A stretch of 64,000 bases of DNA from a virus (taxonomy: Duplodnaviria > Caudoviricetes), in IMG/VR virus record IMGVR_UViG_3300037424_000485, positions 140,432-204,431 of that record; one strand, 5' to 3'. The notes below the pieces were generated by a model. The model saw only the letters and a list, made by a program, of their open reading frames with translations. It did not search any database and had not been told where the DNA came from. How positions within the stretch are numbered: position 1 is the stretch's first letter; every line of letters begins with the position of its first letter. Below, piece by piece: positions 1-9,826 of the stretch. The position numbers and the translations under genes are program-made.

Positions 1-280
1 TACTACCTCTAATGTCTTTACTGTTGTTCTACTGTATTATACTGTAGGTTTGCTATCTAATCACAATACTATTAATGCAATCAATAACATATATATTATA
101 ACCTATTATAGTATGGATGTAAATCAACCCATACTACATAGATCATTTATTTCTTGTGGGTATTTGTCTTTATCAGGATCTTCTATAAAAGGAATATCAT
201 ACCTCTCACCAGATTCATAACATTGAAGAATTCTAATGCTATCTCTTCTAATCCATCTGAATTATGTCTGTTATGCCCTC

Positions 281-478
281 TTAAACTTCCGCATGGTTTC
301 GGCAAGTATCGTTATCATACTCATTTAATTCTTTATCCTGATATTCTTCTTTCTTCTTCTCTTTCTCAAGAAGCGATTCGCCATCACCATACAACATTTG
401 TTCTCTAACTTTCTCTTTCTTACCGTTAGGCTTCTCTAAATAATCGCCTTTACTAATTTTAGTAGCTTGTTCGTTCAT
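281..478 (-). CDS. hypothetical protein (charged, 65 aa)
   Basis: ORF track; follows 489-941 on the coding strand. Confidence 0.4.
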   Translation of the reverse strand: MNEQATKISKGDYLEKPNGKKEKVREQMLYGDGESLLEKEKKKEEYQDKELNEYDNDTCRNHAEV

Positions 479-488
479 GGTATTTTCC

Positions 489-941
489 TTAATCTTTAAT
501 TCCTGCTTCTTTTTCCATTTTTATAAGTCTAGTATAATAGTCAGGAATCTCACAGAGATGGTCAGTAGCAATTCTTTCAGATAATATTTTACTTGAAGTA
601 TGCTCCATCTCTACTTTTATACCCATAGCTAATTCTTTTTGATCAACATCTTTACTTGTTTTGTTCTTCTCATTCGCTCTACCATATCCCAAAAAAGATC
701 CAAGCAAAAAGTATATTTGCTCTTCAAATTCATGAGTATTATATTTTAAATTATCGGCAAGGGCATGAATATCTTTTTCATCTGATGGATTTGGGTTTTT
801 TTTAAAAAGATCTATTATCTTAGGAACCACACTCATATCTTGCTTTTCTTCTCTATCTTCAAGCAAATATTTAATAAATTTATTTTCACTCATAGTTATA
901 TTCTCCTGCTGGCATTCAAATAACTGTACAGTATTCGCCAA
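489..941 (-). CDS. phage protein with DUF5661-like C-terminal domain
   Basis: Motif ELAMGIKVEMEHT...IATDHLCEIPDYYTRL recalled from DUF5661 phage proteins. Confidence 0.6.
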   Translation of the reverse strand: MANTVQLFECQQENITMSENKFIKYLLEDREEKQDMSVVPKIIDLFKKNPNPSDEKDIHALADNLKYNTHEFEEQIYFLLGSFLGYGRANEKNKTSKDVDQKELAMGIKVEMEHTSSKILSERIATDHLCEIPDYYTRLIKMEKEAGIKD

Positions 942-1143
942 GTTTTTCTTTCATACAGTGTTGGCAAATATCTATGTATATTTCGGAACCATCTCCAAAT
1001 ACAGATGAGTACCCACCGACCTGGGAAAAGCTAAAAGCCTCTTGTGCTTCCATCTCGTCTTCCATTAGGTCACGCTTACACACAGAGCAAGTCCATTCTG
1101 TAAGTTTCCGTTCTTTAACTTTTACAATCCCATATTTTCTCAT
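916..1143 (-). CDS. hypothetical protein with two CxxC motifs
   Basis: CSVC and CQHC; TATAAATA at 1198-1205 (minus) upstream. Confidence 0.55.
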   Translation of the reverse strand: MRKYGIVKVKERKLTEWTCSVCKRDLMEDEMEAQEAFSFSQVGGYSSVFGDGSEIYIDICQHCMKEKLGEYCTVI

Positions 1144-1213
1144 TTTAGTTTTCCTTTATCGGGTCGTATTACCGCTCCGTTATTAAGACTTCAACTATAT
1201 TTATATAAATTTA

Positions 1214-1390
1214 CTATTTTTCCCACCTCTTAACATACCAATAGATGTAGTTTTCAAAACCAGAGAAACACCATTTAAATATCTTATATCTTCTGGTATT
1301 GAAATTTGTTGACCATGACTTAGGAACATAATCTAGTAAAACCCATCCTAACCACCAAAAAAATATATCTAATATAGTTGGTTCTTTCAT
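1214..1390 (-). CDS. small Trp-rich hypothetical protein (58 aa, not in track)
   Basis: Manual translation MKEPTILDIFFWWLGW...YVKRWEK; ATGA overlap with upstream gene. Confidence 0.45.
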   Translation of the reverse strand: MKEPTILDIFFWWLGWVLLDYVPKSWSTNFNTRRYKIFKWCFSGFENYIYWYVKRWEK

Positions 1391-1641
1391 AGGTCAAATA
1401 ACTCCCTCTTAAATTCTTGTATATATCCTGTATCATACGATCCACACAACCCCCAATGGACACAGTTTTTACCAATTTTAGAGTGTACCGCTAAAACCTT
1501 GAACATCACATCACCAATCATCCTCAATTCTCCCGATTTAATACCATTTTCATATGATATTATAATGGTTCCTATATATCCATACCAGTTATATTCAACA
1601 TCATCAACAGATGCTTTAAGATTGGTCGCATGTATTCTCAT
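1387..1641 (-). CDS. hypothetical protein
   Basis: ORF track; overlapping operon-style packing. Confidence 0.55.
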   Translation of the reverse strand: MRIHATNLKASVDDVEYNWYGYIGTIIISYENGIKSGELRMIGDVMFKVLAVHSKIGKNCVHWGLCGSYDTGYIQEFKRELFDL

Positions 1642-1840
1642 ATCTCTCCAACATCAATTTAACACCATCTGTAATAATCTCGCCTACTTCTTTTTCAATA
1701 TCATCGATAGTAATATCCGTATCTTTTATATCTTCTTCATTATGGAGTATATTTAAAGTAATGCCATTATCTGTACATTCAATATCTGACAGTTCCACAT
1801 AAATTCCACATTTTTCTAAATACACTTTTGTTTTATTCAT
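1616..1840 (-). CDS. small acidic hypothetical protein
   Basis: ORF track; ATGA coupling to 1837-2457. Confidence 0.55.
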   Translation of the reverse strand: MNKTKVYLEKCGIYVELSDIECTDNGITLNILHNEEDIKDTDITIDDIEKEVGEIITDGVKLMLERYENTCDQS

Positions 1841-2457
1841 ATCATACTCTCTGCTTTCTCAATGAATTTTTTAATATCGAGCATCTCATCTACCAACTCT
1901 CTATAGTTCTGTATAAATACAGTGATATTACCACGTTCAGTATCTGTCAATTTTAGATATCTCTTAACCATCAAGAAAGCCATTGTTAGGTTATCTAGCT
2001 TGCCTTTAATATAATCCTGATATGCTATATGACTATTACCATCTTTAAGCTTGCAATATGTCTCTAGTTTGTTATACCCGTTGATAGTTGACCTATCTTC
2101 CATATATTTTTTTATATGTTTCATAGATTCAATAACGGTTTCTTTAGATATCCTCATTTTTCTCATATGGACGGTGGCTTTTCTTTTATACATCTCCATA
2201 ACGCGAGGATCTTGAAATTGATGATATGAAAAGTTCTTCCATAACTCAAAACCAGTCTGCATATATTTGTTTAGATCTATATTATGCCACTTGGTATTGA
2301 AATTGTTAACTATAGCATCTAAATATACCCTATTACTGGCAGACATTTTAGTTTCCTTAAATGTCTGCCAGTCCTTTGGTGGTCGGAATCCTTTACCTTT
2401 TGCTATAGATTGAGCGTTTCTAAATGCAATATAGACGTTCCAATCGTCCAATGTCAA
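1837..2457 (-). CDS. possible T4 gp59-like helicase loader
   Basis: 206 aa, basic; N-terminal VYIAF and C-terminal AYQDYIKGKLDNLTMAFL pattern loosely resemble gp59; recalled similarity only. Confidence 0.4.
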   Translation of the reverse strand: MTLDDWNVYIAFRNAQSIAKGKGFRPPKDWQTFKETKMSASNRVYLDAIVNNFNTKWHNIDLNKYMQTGFELWKNFSYHQFQDPRVMEMYKRKATVHMRKMRISKETVIESMKHIKKYMEDRSTINGYNKLETYCKLKDGNSHIAYQDYIKGKLDNLTMAFLMVKRYLKLTDTERGNITVFIQNYRELVDEMLDIKKFIEKAESMI

Positions 2458-2654
2458 TACCCACTAATTTTTCGATAGGTTTTATTACACCACCTAATCT
2501 CTTTTACATCTGTTTTGAACTTCTTATTAATGTCCTTTCTAACCTCTGACATCTTACCATAGAACTGCGACCTATACTGTTTACCATCAACAATAAGCCA
2601 ATCAAAAACTCTTACGTAATGATCATCAGTTAATACTATTTCCCCTGCATACAT
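2454..2654 (-). CDS. hypothetical protein
   Basis: ORF track; coupled to downstream gene. Confidence 0.5.
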   Translation of the reverse strand: MYAGEIVLTDDHYVRVFDWLIVDGKQYRSQFYGKMSEVRKDINKKFKTDVKEIRWCNKTYRKISGY

Positions 2655-2682
2655 GTTTTATTACCTTTTTTAAGGTTTAATC

Positions 2683-4917
2683 TTATGGAACAAGTCTCTT
2701 CCCAAACAATGACAAATATGTATTGATATAATGGGTTAGGTTATCATATTCCTCCCAAAACAACTGTTTTCTAACACTTTCAAAATCTTTGGTATATACT
2801 TTATGCCTTAAATCAATATCACCAATTAATTTTTCTATATTACTAACTATATCACCCGATGTATCACATGTCAATGTGGCATCTTTATAAGGCTCTACAT
2901 TTGAGTATACACCTGGACACCCTAGAATGGCGTACTCTAATTTTTTGATATTGCTATTATGAGAAACTATCCCATTAGCTAGATAATAACTACCATCTGG
3001 AACTTGTATATCATAAACATCATTATTAGATTTTTGTATATCAACTATCTCATCATTCATTTCAAATTCTTTAAAAGCATTTGATCTTTTATGTGATAAC
3101 CTTTCTTCTAATATAGATTTCTTTCTATTTGATATAAATCCAATATCCTTATGGAATATTTCAGATGCTTGTCTTCCTAAATACAGAGTATAGTAATCTT
3201 TATCATATGTCTTATTTCTATACACTTGTATACGAGATACTATACCAAAACCTAATAACAGAAATTGAACATCTCTAACCAAATCTTTATCCTTACTTAC
3301 AAAAGAAACAGAAGTTGATTTTTTACATGTAGTTCCATCGGTTTCAAACAAACCTGATAAAAATTCTCTAATTACTGATTTTGGAGATTTTAATATAACA
3401 TCAGGAACCCTTAAAATCTTACCATATCTTCCTTTAAACCCAATTTTATCACCTAAAAATACTTTTAGGTTTCTACTTGATATTTTTATATCAAGGCCCT
3501 TGCCAGAATATCCATCATCTCTTTTCTTTTCAACAAAATGATAGTTTAATCCTATATTAGAAGCAAATTCAGTAATATCATAAATAACATCAATATCGTT
3601 CTTATTACAAGAAATAGATATACAATTAGATGTTGCGAGATGTCCATCACCTAATACATAACCAATAAATCTACCCCATTGCTCATTAATTCTAACTCTT
3701 GGCATAACATCATCATCTAAGCTACTATAATCTATGCTATCTAATTTCTTAGTAATAAACATAGGAAATGTTAGCTCTTGATATGGAACATCTGGAAAAT
3801 CGTAAGTTCCTATATCTACACTATCACCTATTTTAAACTCATCCATTCTTTTATATAGATTAAGACCCCTAAGTTTATGATTCAATGTGCCTTCAATTTC
3901 AAAGCCTTTTTTGGTAATAAATTTTAAAGTATCTCTATTACTATATTTTATATTACTGGCTACATTCTTATATGAATTCTCCTGCCATATAGTATTTTTA
4001 ATATTAACGCTATCTATAGCACAAATACCTTTATCAGTTACCACTCTTGTGTCCTTTACTAGACATTTACAACTATTAAATAGATTATCCTCCAATGGTG
4101 CTATTGCAATATCAACATCGAGCTTCTTAACATACTGAGGAAACTTCCAAATTGATTGCCATTGATGAAATTCTATTTTATCTTTAATATCATGAAGCTC
4201 TCTTGGTAATGCTCCCATAATAACCCATTGGATATCATCAACAGTCTTTCTAATATAATCAAGAAGATCCTTTCCAAAGTCGCCACCTTTCCTATCAGCC
4301 TTCATAGCAAAATGATTACTCGATCCAGCCCAATATACACGTGGCTTTCTGCTAATCTCTTCTTTGAATGGTAGAGGCTCGCCCCATAGAAATTTTGGTA
4401 AATGGTTTGGTATTACCCTGATATTCTTATTAAATTTGCTATATACTTCTTTGAGTTTGTTGGTACTACAAATCATACCATCCATCAACCCCATGATCTG
4501 AGGAATGAATTCTTGTTGCGGCTTATACCAATCAGCAGCAAAATTCCAATCTGGGATCTCTGTTAGTAGATCGTCTATCTCATATATAATTGGTGTGTTT
4601 GTTTGTCTGCTTATATTAGATTTAAAATATTGCAGCATCTCAAGTTGTGGTTTTGTAGCACTTCTTTGAAATTGACAGAATAACAAGTCTTTGTAAAAAT
4701 TAGGATCTGGAATGAATTTATTTCCATAGTTTGCTAAAATTTTTACCTTTGCTATCTCTTCATAATGATTTAGTAATAATGTGGGGAAGATAACTCTTAT
4801 ATGTCCACATCCTTGATTATCAGCAGCATATGAATACATGTTTAACTGGATAGGAGGTTTTATTAAATCCACCTTTGGTTTATTGCCTTTTCTTTTTATA
4901 TTTCTTAAATTTCCCAT
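2683..4917 (-). CDS. GT-B (GT4-like) glycosyltransferase containing an intein
   Basis: GCGHIRV N-terminal motif; spliced motif DIAIAPLEDNLFNSCK|SNIKKLEYAILGCPGVYS is typical of phage GT-B enzymes. Confidence 0.85.
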   Translation of the reverse strand: MGNLRNIKRKGNKPKVDLIKPPIQLNMYSYAADNQGCGHIRVIFPTLLLNHYEEIAKVKILANYGNKFIPDPNFYKDLLFCQFQRSATKPQLEMLQYFKSNISRQTNTPIIYEIDDLLTEIPDWNFAADWYKPQQEFIPQIMGLMDGMICSTNKLKEVYSKFNKNIRVIPNHLPKFLWGEPLPFKEEISRKPRVYWAGSSNHFAMKADRKGGDFGKDLLDYIRKTVDDIQWVIMGALPRELHDIKDKIEFHQWQSIWKFPQYVKKLDVDIAIAPLEDNLFNSCKCLVKDTRVVTDKGICAIDSVNIKNTIWQENSYKNVASNIKYSNRDTLKFITKKGFEIEGTLNHKLRGLNLYKRMDEFKIGDSVDIGTYDFPDVPYQELTFPMFITKKLDSIDYSSLDDDVMPRVRINEQWGRFIGYVLGDGHLATSNCISISCNKNDIDVIYDITEFASNIGLNYHFVEKKRDDGYSGKGLDIKISSRNLKVFLGDKIGFKGRYGKILRVPDVILKSPKSVIREFLSGLFETDGTTCKKSTSVSFVSKDKDLVRDVQFLLLGFGIVSRIQVYRNKTYDKDYYTLYLGRQASEIFHKDIGFISNRKKSILEERLSHKRSNAFKEFEMNDEIVDIQKSNNDVYDIQVPDGSYYLANGIVSHNSNIKKLEYAILGCPGVYSNVEPYKDATLTCDTSGDIVSNIEKLIGDIDLRHKVYTKDFESVRKQLFWEEYDNLTHYINTYLSLFGKRLVP
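2956..4065 (-). mobile_element. intein (370 aa) with LAGLIDADG endonuclease in glycosyltransferase
   Basis: Starts CLVKDTRVVTDKG, ends YYLANGIVSHN with +1 Ser; LAGLIDADG-like FIGYVLGDGH and FLSGLFETDG. Confidence 0.92.
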
Positions 4918-4935
4918 TTAACCCACAAATTAATT

Positions 4936-5016
4936 AAAAATAGGGGTTTAGGAGTTATAACGCACTCTTAACAATGCATATCATATTATTTCTAATATGA
5001 TCTCCATACCCCTCTA
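4936..5016 (-). promoter_or_regulatory. multi-branch RNA structure ending in U6 (terminator or attenuator-like leader)
   Basis: TAGAGGGGT/ACCCCTA, GGAG/CTCC, ATCATATT/AATATGAT, ATGCATT/AGTGCGT, then TTTTTT. Confidence 0.55.
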
Positions 5017-5026
5017 CCTTTACTAC

Positions 5027-5551
5027 CTACACAAGATTTTCAAGTATCTCATTGATATACTTGTCAATTCCTAATGTTTCGACTTTTAACAATAAAAATT
5101 CATTGATGGTCGGCGTATATGGAGATCTCTTCAGATACATATTAATATCTCTTAAAGATTTATCTCCTTTATTATGATTACATTTTTGACATGCACATAC
5201 ACAGTTATCCCATTCTGATTTACCACCTATAGAACTTGGTACAACATGGTCTAGAGTGCATTCATCAACTTTCAGTTTAACATCACAATACTGACATGTA
5301 AACTTGTCACGTGTAAAAATATTTCTTTTTGAATAGGGAACTCTATTTTTGTAAATTTTCCTAACCATTTTAACAAGACGAATTATCTTAGGTATAAGCA
5401 TCTCAAACGATTTAGAGCTGTTAGAAATGACATCATCTGACCATGACAATACATCAACTTTTGCTTGAAAAACAAGAGTGATTGCCTTCTGCCATGATAT
5501 AGTATTCAAATATTGATAGTTTGCATTTAATACAACTACTGATCTTACCAT
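5027..5551 (-). CDS. HNH endonuclease (McrA-like, bacterial type)
   Basis: VVVLNANY N-terminus; RDKFTCQYC...TLDHVVP...WDNCVCACQKCNHNKGD. Confidence 0.9.
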   Translation of the reverse strand: MVRSVVVLNANYQYLNTISWQKAITLVFQAKVDVLSWSDDVISNSSKSFEMLIPKIIRLVKMVRKIYKNRVPYSKRNIFTRDKFTCQYCDVKLKVDECTLDHVVPSSIGGKSEWDNCVCACQKCNHNKGDKSLRDINMYLKRSPYTPTINEFLLLKVETLGIDKYINEILENLV

Positions 5552-5578
5552 CTCAATATACCTTTTGTTTGTATTAGT

Positions 5579-5845
5579 CTATTTCACTCCCTTGTTTCCT
5601 TGTGTGACTAATAGTTTTGATATACCCTCATCCTCCGAGAGTTCCTTTAGATATCTAATATAATTCTTTTTTGCTTCTTCTTTAGTAACCTTATCTTTAA
5701 AATTTCCATTGCTATCTTTAAGTGTTACCTCATCTTTCAATGTTTGGCAGAAAATACATTTACAAATATCTCCTGTCGCTGTGGTGTCTACCACAATCAT
5801 CCAATCTGGATGAAATAAAAATTTACAAACCGCACACTCTGGCAT
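5579..5845 (-). CDS. hypothetical Cys-rich protein
   Basis: CAVC and CKCIFC; SD AGGAG; promoter upstream. Confidence 0.6.
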   Translation of the reverse strand: MPECAVCKFLFHPDWMIVVDTTATGDICKCIFCQTLKDEVTLKDSNGNFKDKVTKEEAKKNYIRYLKELSEDEGISKLLVTQGNKGVK

Positions 5846-5869
5846 TATTCTCTCCTTGTTTAAGTATTA

Positions 5870-5898
5870 ACATTACTATATTTTATAAATTTTGTCAA
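5870..5898 (-). promoter_or_regulatory. sigma70-type early promoter
   Basis: TTGACA-17 bp-TAATGT upstream of 5579-5845. Confidence 0.6.
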
Positions 5899-5920
5899 TG
5901 TTATTGTATATGTAGCTTAT

Positions 5921-6796
5921 TTATAAGATATAAGATTCTTTTGCTATAATATCCAGCAATTTTTCAACTTTTTTACTATAATTTGATTCAACTATATAAA
6001 AGGAATTGCTTGTATCTTCTCTCATCATAAGGACACGACAAATACAATTATCATTAGTCTCCCCATTACCACTCTCAATCCACTCACATATATTTTCTAT
6101 GTATTTTAAAGCTTTTGATAATGGTAATTTAGGTAGTGTAATTTTTACTTCATTAGTACCAAAAGATGTAATTTCACATTCATCTATAAAAGATAATCCA
6201 CTAAAATCAATACTTTTTATCTCTTCATATGGATCTTTAATAAGAGGCTCTTGCATAAATTCAGCATTACCGCCTTCTAATACCCATAATATAGGATTGA
6301 ACTGTTGTTCTCCCATATATTTTATATAAGGATTGAGATCTACCTCCGCAATTTTTACATTCTTATATTTTATTTCTGTGTCTTCATATAGTTCACGAAG
6401 GATGTTAATAGCTTCCTTACATTTCTTTATATCTTCCCTTAATGTATTAGTTTTTCTTGCTATTGTCATTGGCACTAAATCTATATCTGATCTAATATCT
6501 AACAACGCTGCGTGTGTTTGTTTGATCTTATCTTTTTCTTTGTCTATATCAATTTCTATATCAAGAAGTTCTTTTAAAGTGTTCTCATACTCATATCTAA
6601 AAGAGTTAACAGCTTTCTTATAGGCACTCCATGATTCATAAGCCTCTTTATATCCCATATCATCATAAGATATACGATCATAAGACATATATTCAAATTC
6701 ACATTGTAATATTATTTTGTCATTATTTAATGATTCTTTTATTTTATTTATATTCATATTCTCAGTCAATATATTATATTTCTGTAGTCTGCTCAT
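5921..6796 (-). CDS. hypothetical coiled-coil protein (start moved to MSRLQKY)
   Basis: SD AAGGAG before ATG at 6796; long charged helical segment. Confidence 0.65.
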   Translation of the reverse strand: MSRLQKYNILTENMNINKIKESLNNDKIILQCEFEYMSYDRISYDDMGYKEAYESWSAYKKAVNSFRYEYENTLKELLDIEIDIDKEKDKIKQTHAALLDIRSDIDLVPMTIARKTNTLREDIKKCKEAINILRELYEDTEIKYKNVKIAEVDLNPYIKYMGEQQFNPILWVLEGGNAEFMQEPLIKDPYEEIKSIDFSGLSFIDECEITSFGTNEVKITLPKLPLSKALKYIENICEWIESGNGETNDNCICRVLMMREDTSNSFYIVESNYSKKVEKLLDIIAKESYIL

Positions 6797-6821
6797 ATAA
6801 ATCTCCTTACTAGTATTTATA

Positions 6822-7061
6822 TTAACAGCACTGGTCAAAATAGTAATCCTCCAAATCAAGACTATTTATTTCATCCCATGTTTTTTCATTAGTTACTTTA
6901 TATACGTTTTTTTTACGTACTAGATGTATATCTACAATATCTATATCATATTGATCTTCTTCGTTATCATCATCATAGTAAGACTCGCCCCTAGTAACTT
7001 CTACATTCACTTCCACTTGGTAATCAAGGCCATTTAATTCAATCTCTAGTATCTCTATCAT
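6822..7061 (-). CDS. small acidic hypothetical protein
   Basis: ORF track. Confidence 0.5.
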   Translation of the reverse strand: MIEILEIELNGLDYQVEVNVEVTRGESYYDDDNEEDQYDIDIVDIHLVRKKNVYKVTNEKTWDEINSLDLEDYYFDQCC

Positions 7062-7190
7062 AGTGTTGTTATTGTTTAATTTTTCTAGGAAATATATACT
7101 TTTTTCCTATATTTTAATATCCCTAAAGCCTATGGTGTATATAGACCCAAAGTCTCTTTTGGATTTAGACTATTTGCTTATCCCTATTTA

Positions 7191-7382
7191 CTAAAAATAA
7201 TGGTAACACTCCCACTCTGTTAAATCAGAAAATCTTTTTACTAAGGCCATTCCAGTACGTTTTATTTCTCTTTCTATAGTTTTATCTTCCAACCCATATA
7301 TGCTATTAGGATTGTTTGGTACTATAGGTGGACTGGATATTATATCGCCTGTATCTGTTTTTAGTTTAAGTATAAAAGGCAT
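7191..7382 (-). CDS. hypothetical protein
   Basis: ORF track; TAATG coupling. Confidence 0.5.
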   Translation of the reverse strand: MPFILKLKTDTGDIISSPPIVPNNPNSIYGLEDKTIEREIKRTGMALVKRFSDLTEWECYHYF

Positions 7383-7738
7383 TAATCCTCACCTAACTGG
7401 ATTACTGGTAATCTCTCAAGTTCTGTTATGATAGCATCTATAGTGCTATCTGTCAATTCACCATAAATAAATAAATCATAACTATAATCCATTTGTTTAT
7501 AAAATGGTTTTGAATGATCTACCATGTCTGTCTTACTAATATATAGATGATTTATTCTACCACCATTGATACCATAGATGCTTGGGCTATCAGCGACATT
7601 TGCCCTTACCCATCTACCATTAATAATAGCAGTAATCCATCCAGTTATAGAATGTGGATCTACTATTATTATGTTTCCTGTTTTTACTATTTTACTTTCT
7701 TCCATATTGTTATTCTGGGTATCGTATAATCCTTCCAA
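7382..7738 (-). CDS. hypothetical protein
   Basis: ORF track; overlaps thymidylate synthase end. Confidence 0.55.
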   Translation of the reverse strand: MEGLYDTQNNNMEESKIVKTGNIIIVDPHSITGWITAIINGRWVRANVADSPSIYGINGGRINHLYISKTDMVDHSKPFYKQMDYSYDLFIYGELTDSTIDAIITELERLPVIQLGED

Positions 7739-9367
7739 TTTTGGCTTCTATCATATCAATTTGATACTCATATATATGGGAACCAGAGCTATAATAATAC
7801 ATCTTACCTACTTTTTTACCTATATATTCAGCGACCATTTCTTGTAGTCTAGCCATACCACCCATATTAACAGGGAAGCCAGCCCATAAATCATTACTGC
7901 GCCAATAAGTGGTAAGAGTCAGAGAATCACCAACTACTTTGAAATCAATTTCTCTAAGACAGCTTGGGTCATTAATTAATACATCTTCTTTCCTTCCTAT
8001 AGCAATACATGTCTGATTAGTATTTGGTGTGTTTAGAAGAGTTTCCATTACGGTGGGTAGCTGTTCGCCAATTCTTTCTGCATAGGTATTACCAGACCAA
8101 CATGCCTTTCCATTTCTTCTAACATATAATATATGATTTTTTGGTAATCTTGAACAGTAAACAGCGCATGATTTATCATTATCAATTACTTTAACATTTT
8201 TATCTTTTAACACATGAGGCATATTAAAAATATCGTTTTTATAAATATAATTTATATATATATTATTATCCACTCTTTTAGTTAATGTAGAACTATACCC
8301 TATTTTTAAACACAACTCTTGTACATTATCAGCAAGCTGTTTTGATAATGTAGAATATGAACAGTTTCTTGTTGTGCCATCACATCTATACATCCAGTAA
8401 AACAATATTTTTAATTGTTCTTTTGATAGATTCATAAAATCTCTATCAATATATTTATCTCTTGACTTGCCAAATTTTTCAAGATAACAATATAACTGCT
8501 TATCGCTTATTAATATATCTTTATCATAAACTCTGACATTATCAAATATCTTAGAGAATACTTTTATAAAAATATCTTGTTCTTTTTTATTTTGTTTTGT
8601 AATAGTTACAACATATTGATTTTTATCTTTATATCTCCTTAATGACCCATCTGCTAACCAAGCACCATAGAACATTAACCATATATTCATTTTTATCTGT
8701 CTTTGTTCGCCATAGCCATTATATCTATGATTATTATATTCTATAGAAGGAAGAATAAAGTTTTCTTCTTTATTACCTTTCCATATACCATTCTTTTTAA
8801 ACCTAAATCTATAATATGGTATATCATCAACAGGCGATAGATTAAATAATTCTCTATTTTCTTTTGATATATATAGTGAATGTCCTGATGATACTAACTG
8901 ATCTATATACTTGGATTTAACATGATATAGAGGTTTTATAGTATCAAATTTAACATTTTCTATAGGCTTTATATATTCTATTTCATTATTTATAGGGTTT
9001 AAGGAACATATCTTTTCATCACCTTTTAGATCTTTAAAAAAAACCATCCTATATCAGTGAGGACTTCAGTATCTTCCGAATAACAGTATTCCTCATTCTT
9101 CTCTGGCTTCTTACCACCTAAAATATAATTACAATAGTATTCTTCAATAAACTCTTGAGTAGATGGTGGGGCTACCCCAACTGGAACACTAGGAACCATA
9201 TCTACTAAAGGATTTTCAATTTCTACTGATAGAAAGGGGTACTGTAGACGGTATGACTCATTTTCAAATGAGCCTCTATCTATAACTTGTTTATATACTT
9301 CTGGAAGGTCTAAATGATATAACACTTGAAACCATGCATCACTTATAGTTTTTCCAATAATTTCCAT
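7710..9367 (-). CDS. thyA: thymidylate synthase family protein (ThyA, archaeal-like), interrupted by a frameshifted intein
   Basis: Exteins join as NEEY|TYAERIG...DPSCLREIDF...WRSNDLWAGFPVN...SGSHIY (catalytic Cys, RSND, HIY); split over ORFs 9026-9367 and 7710-9047. Confidence 0.85.
8088..9085 (-). mobile_element. intein with LAGLIDADG endonuclease, one base short of in-frame (998 nt)
   Basis: Starts CYSEDTEVLTDIGW, ends YVRRNGKACWSGN with +1 Thr; FYGAWLADGS motif; frame break at T8 run 9036-9043. Confidence 0.88.
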
Positions 9368-9643
9368 TACTTATATATTCCCTATATTCCTTTGCCCATC
9401 TAATAAAATCTATTTGACCACTGGTTTTTATATATTTCTGATATGTCAAACTACAACAGGTCATACAGAGTGCATAATCATCCTAGATCATCTCCACAAT
9501 TAGAGCAATGCATGTCTGGTTCATCACCATAGACATTATACCAAACAACCCTAGTATGGCCTTTAGACCTACAAACAAAAGCCCTTATGGAAAAAGGATC
9601 TTGACATAAATATTTCCACCACTCTTTAGTAAGCCAATGCATA

Positions 9644-9826
9644 TTATTTATCCTTTAGACGATCAGTATTTAATATATTATCTACTTGTTCTTTTAAATC
9701 CATGTTTTTTTCATTAAGATATCTATGATAAGATCTGGATATAATAGAAGACATATCATCCACGTGATATATACCTACACCATTAAACTTTCTAGTAAGC
9801 ATATTATCACCCCAGCTCAAACTCAT
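9644..9826 (-). CDS. hypothetical protein
   Basis: ORF track. Confidence 0.45.
   Translation of the reverse strand: MSLSWGDNMLTRKFNGVGIYHVDDMSSIISRSYHRYLNEKNMDLKEQVDNILNTDRLKDK

Noticed and set aside
5549-5581. Readthrough fusion of 5579-5845 with the in-frame HNH 5027-5551
   Set aside because: The HNH has its own SD (AAAGGT) and typical N-terminus; being in frame is a one-in-three coincidence.
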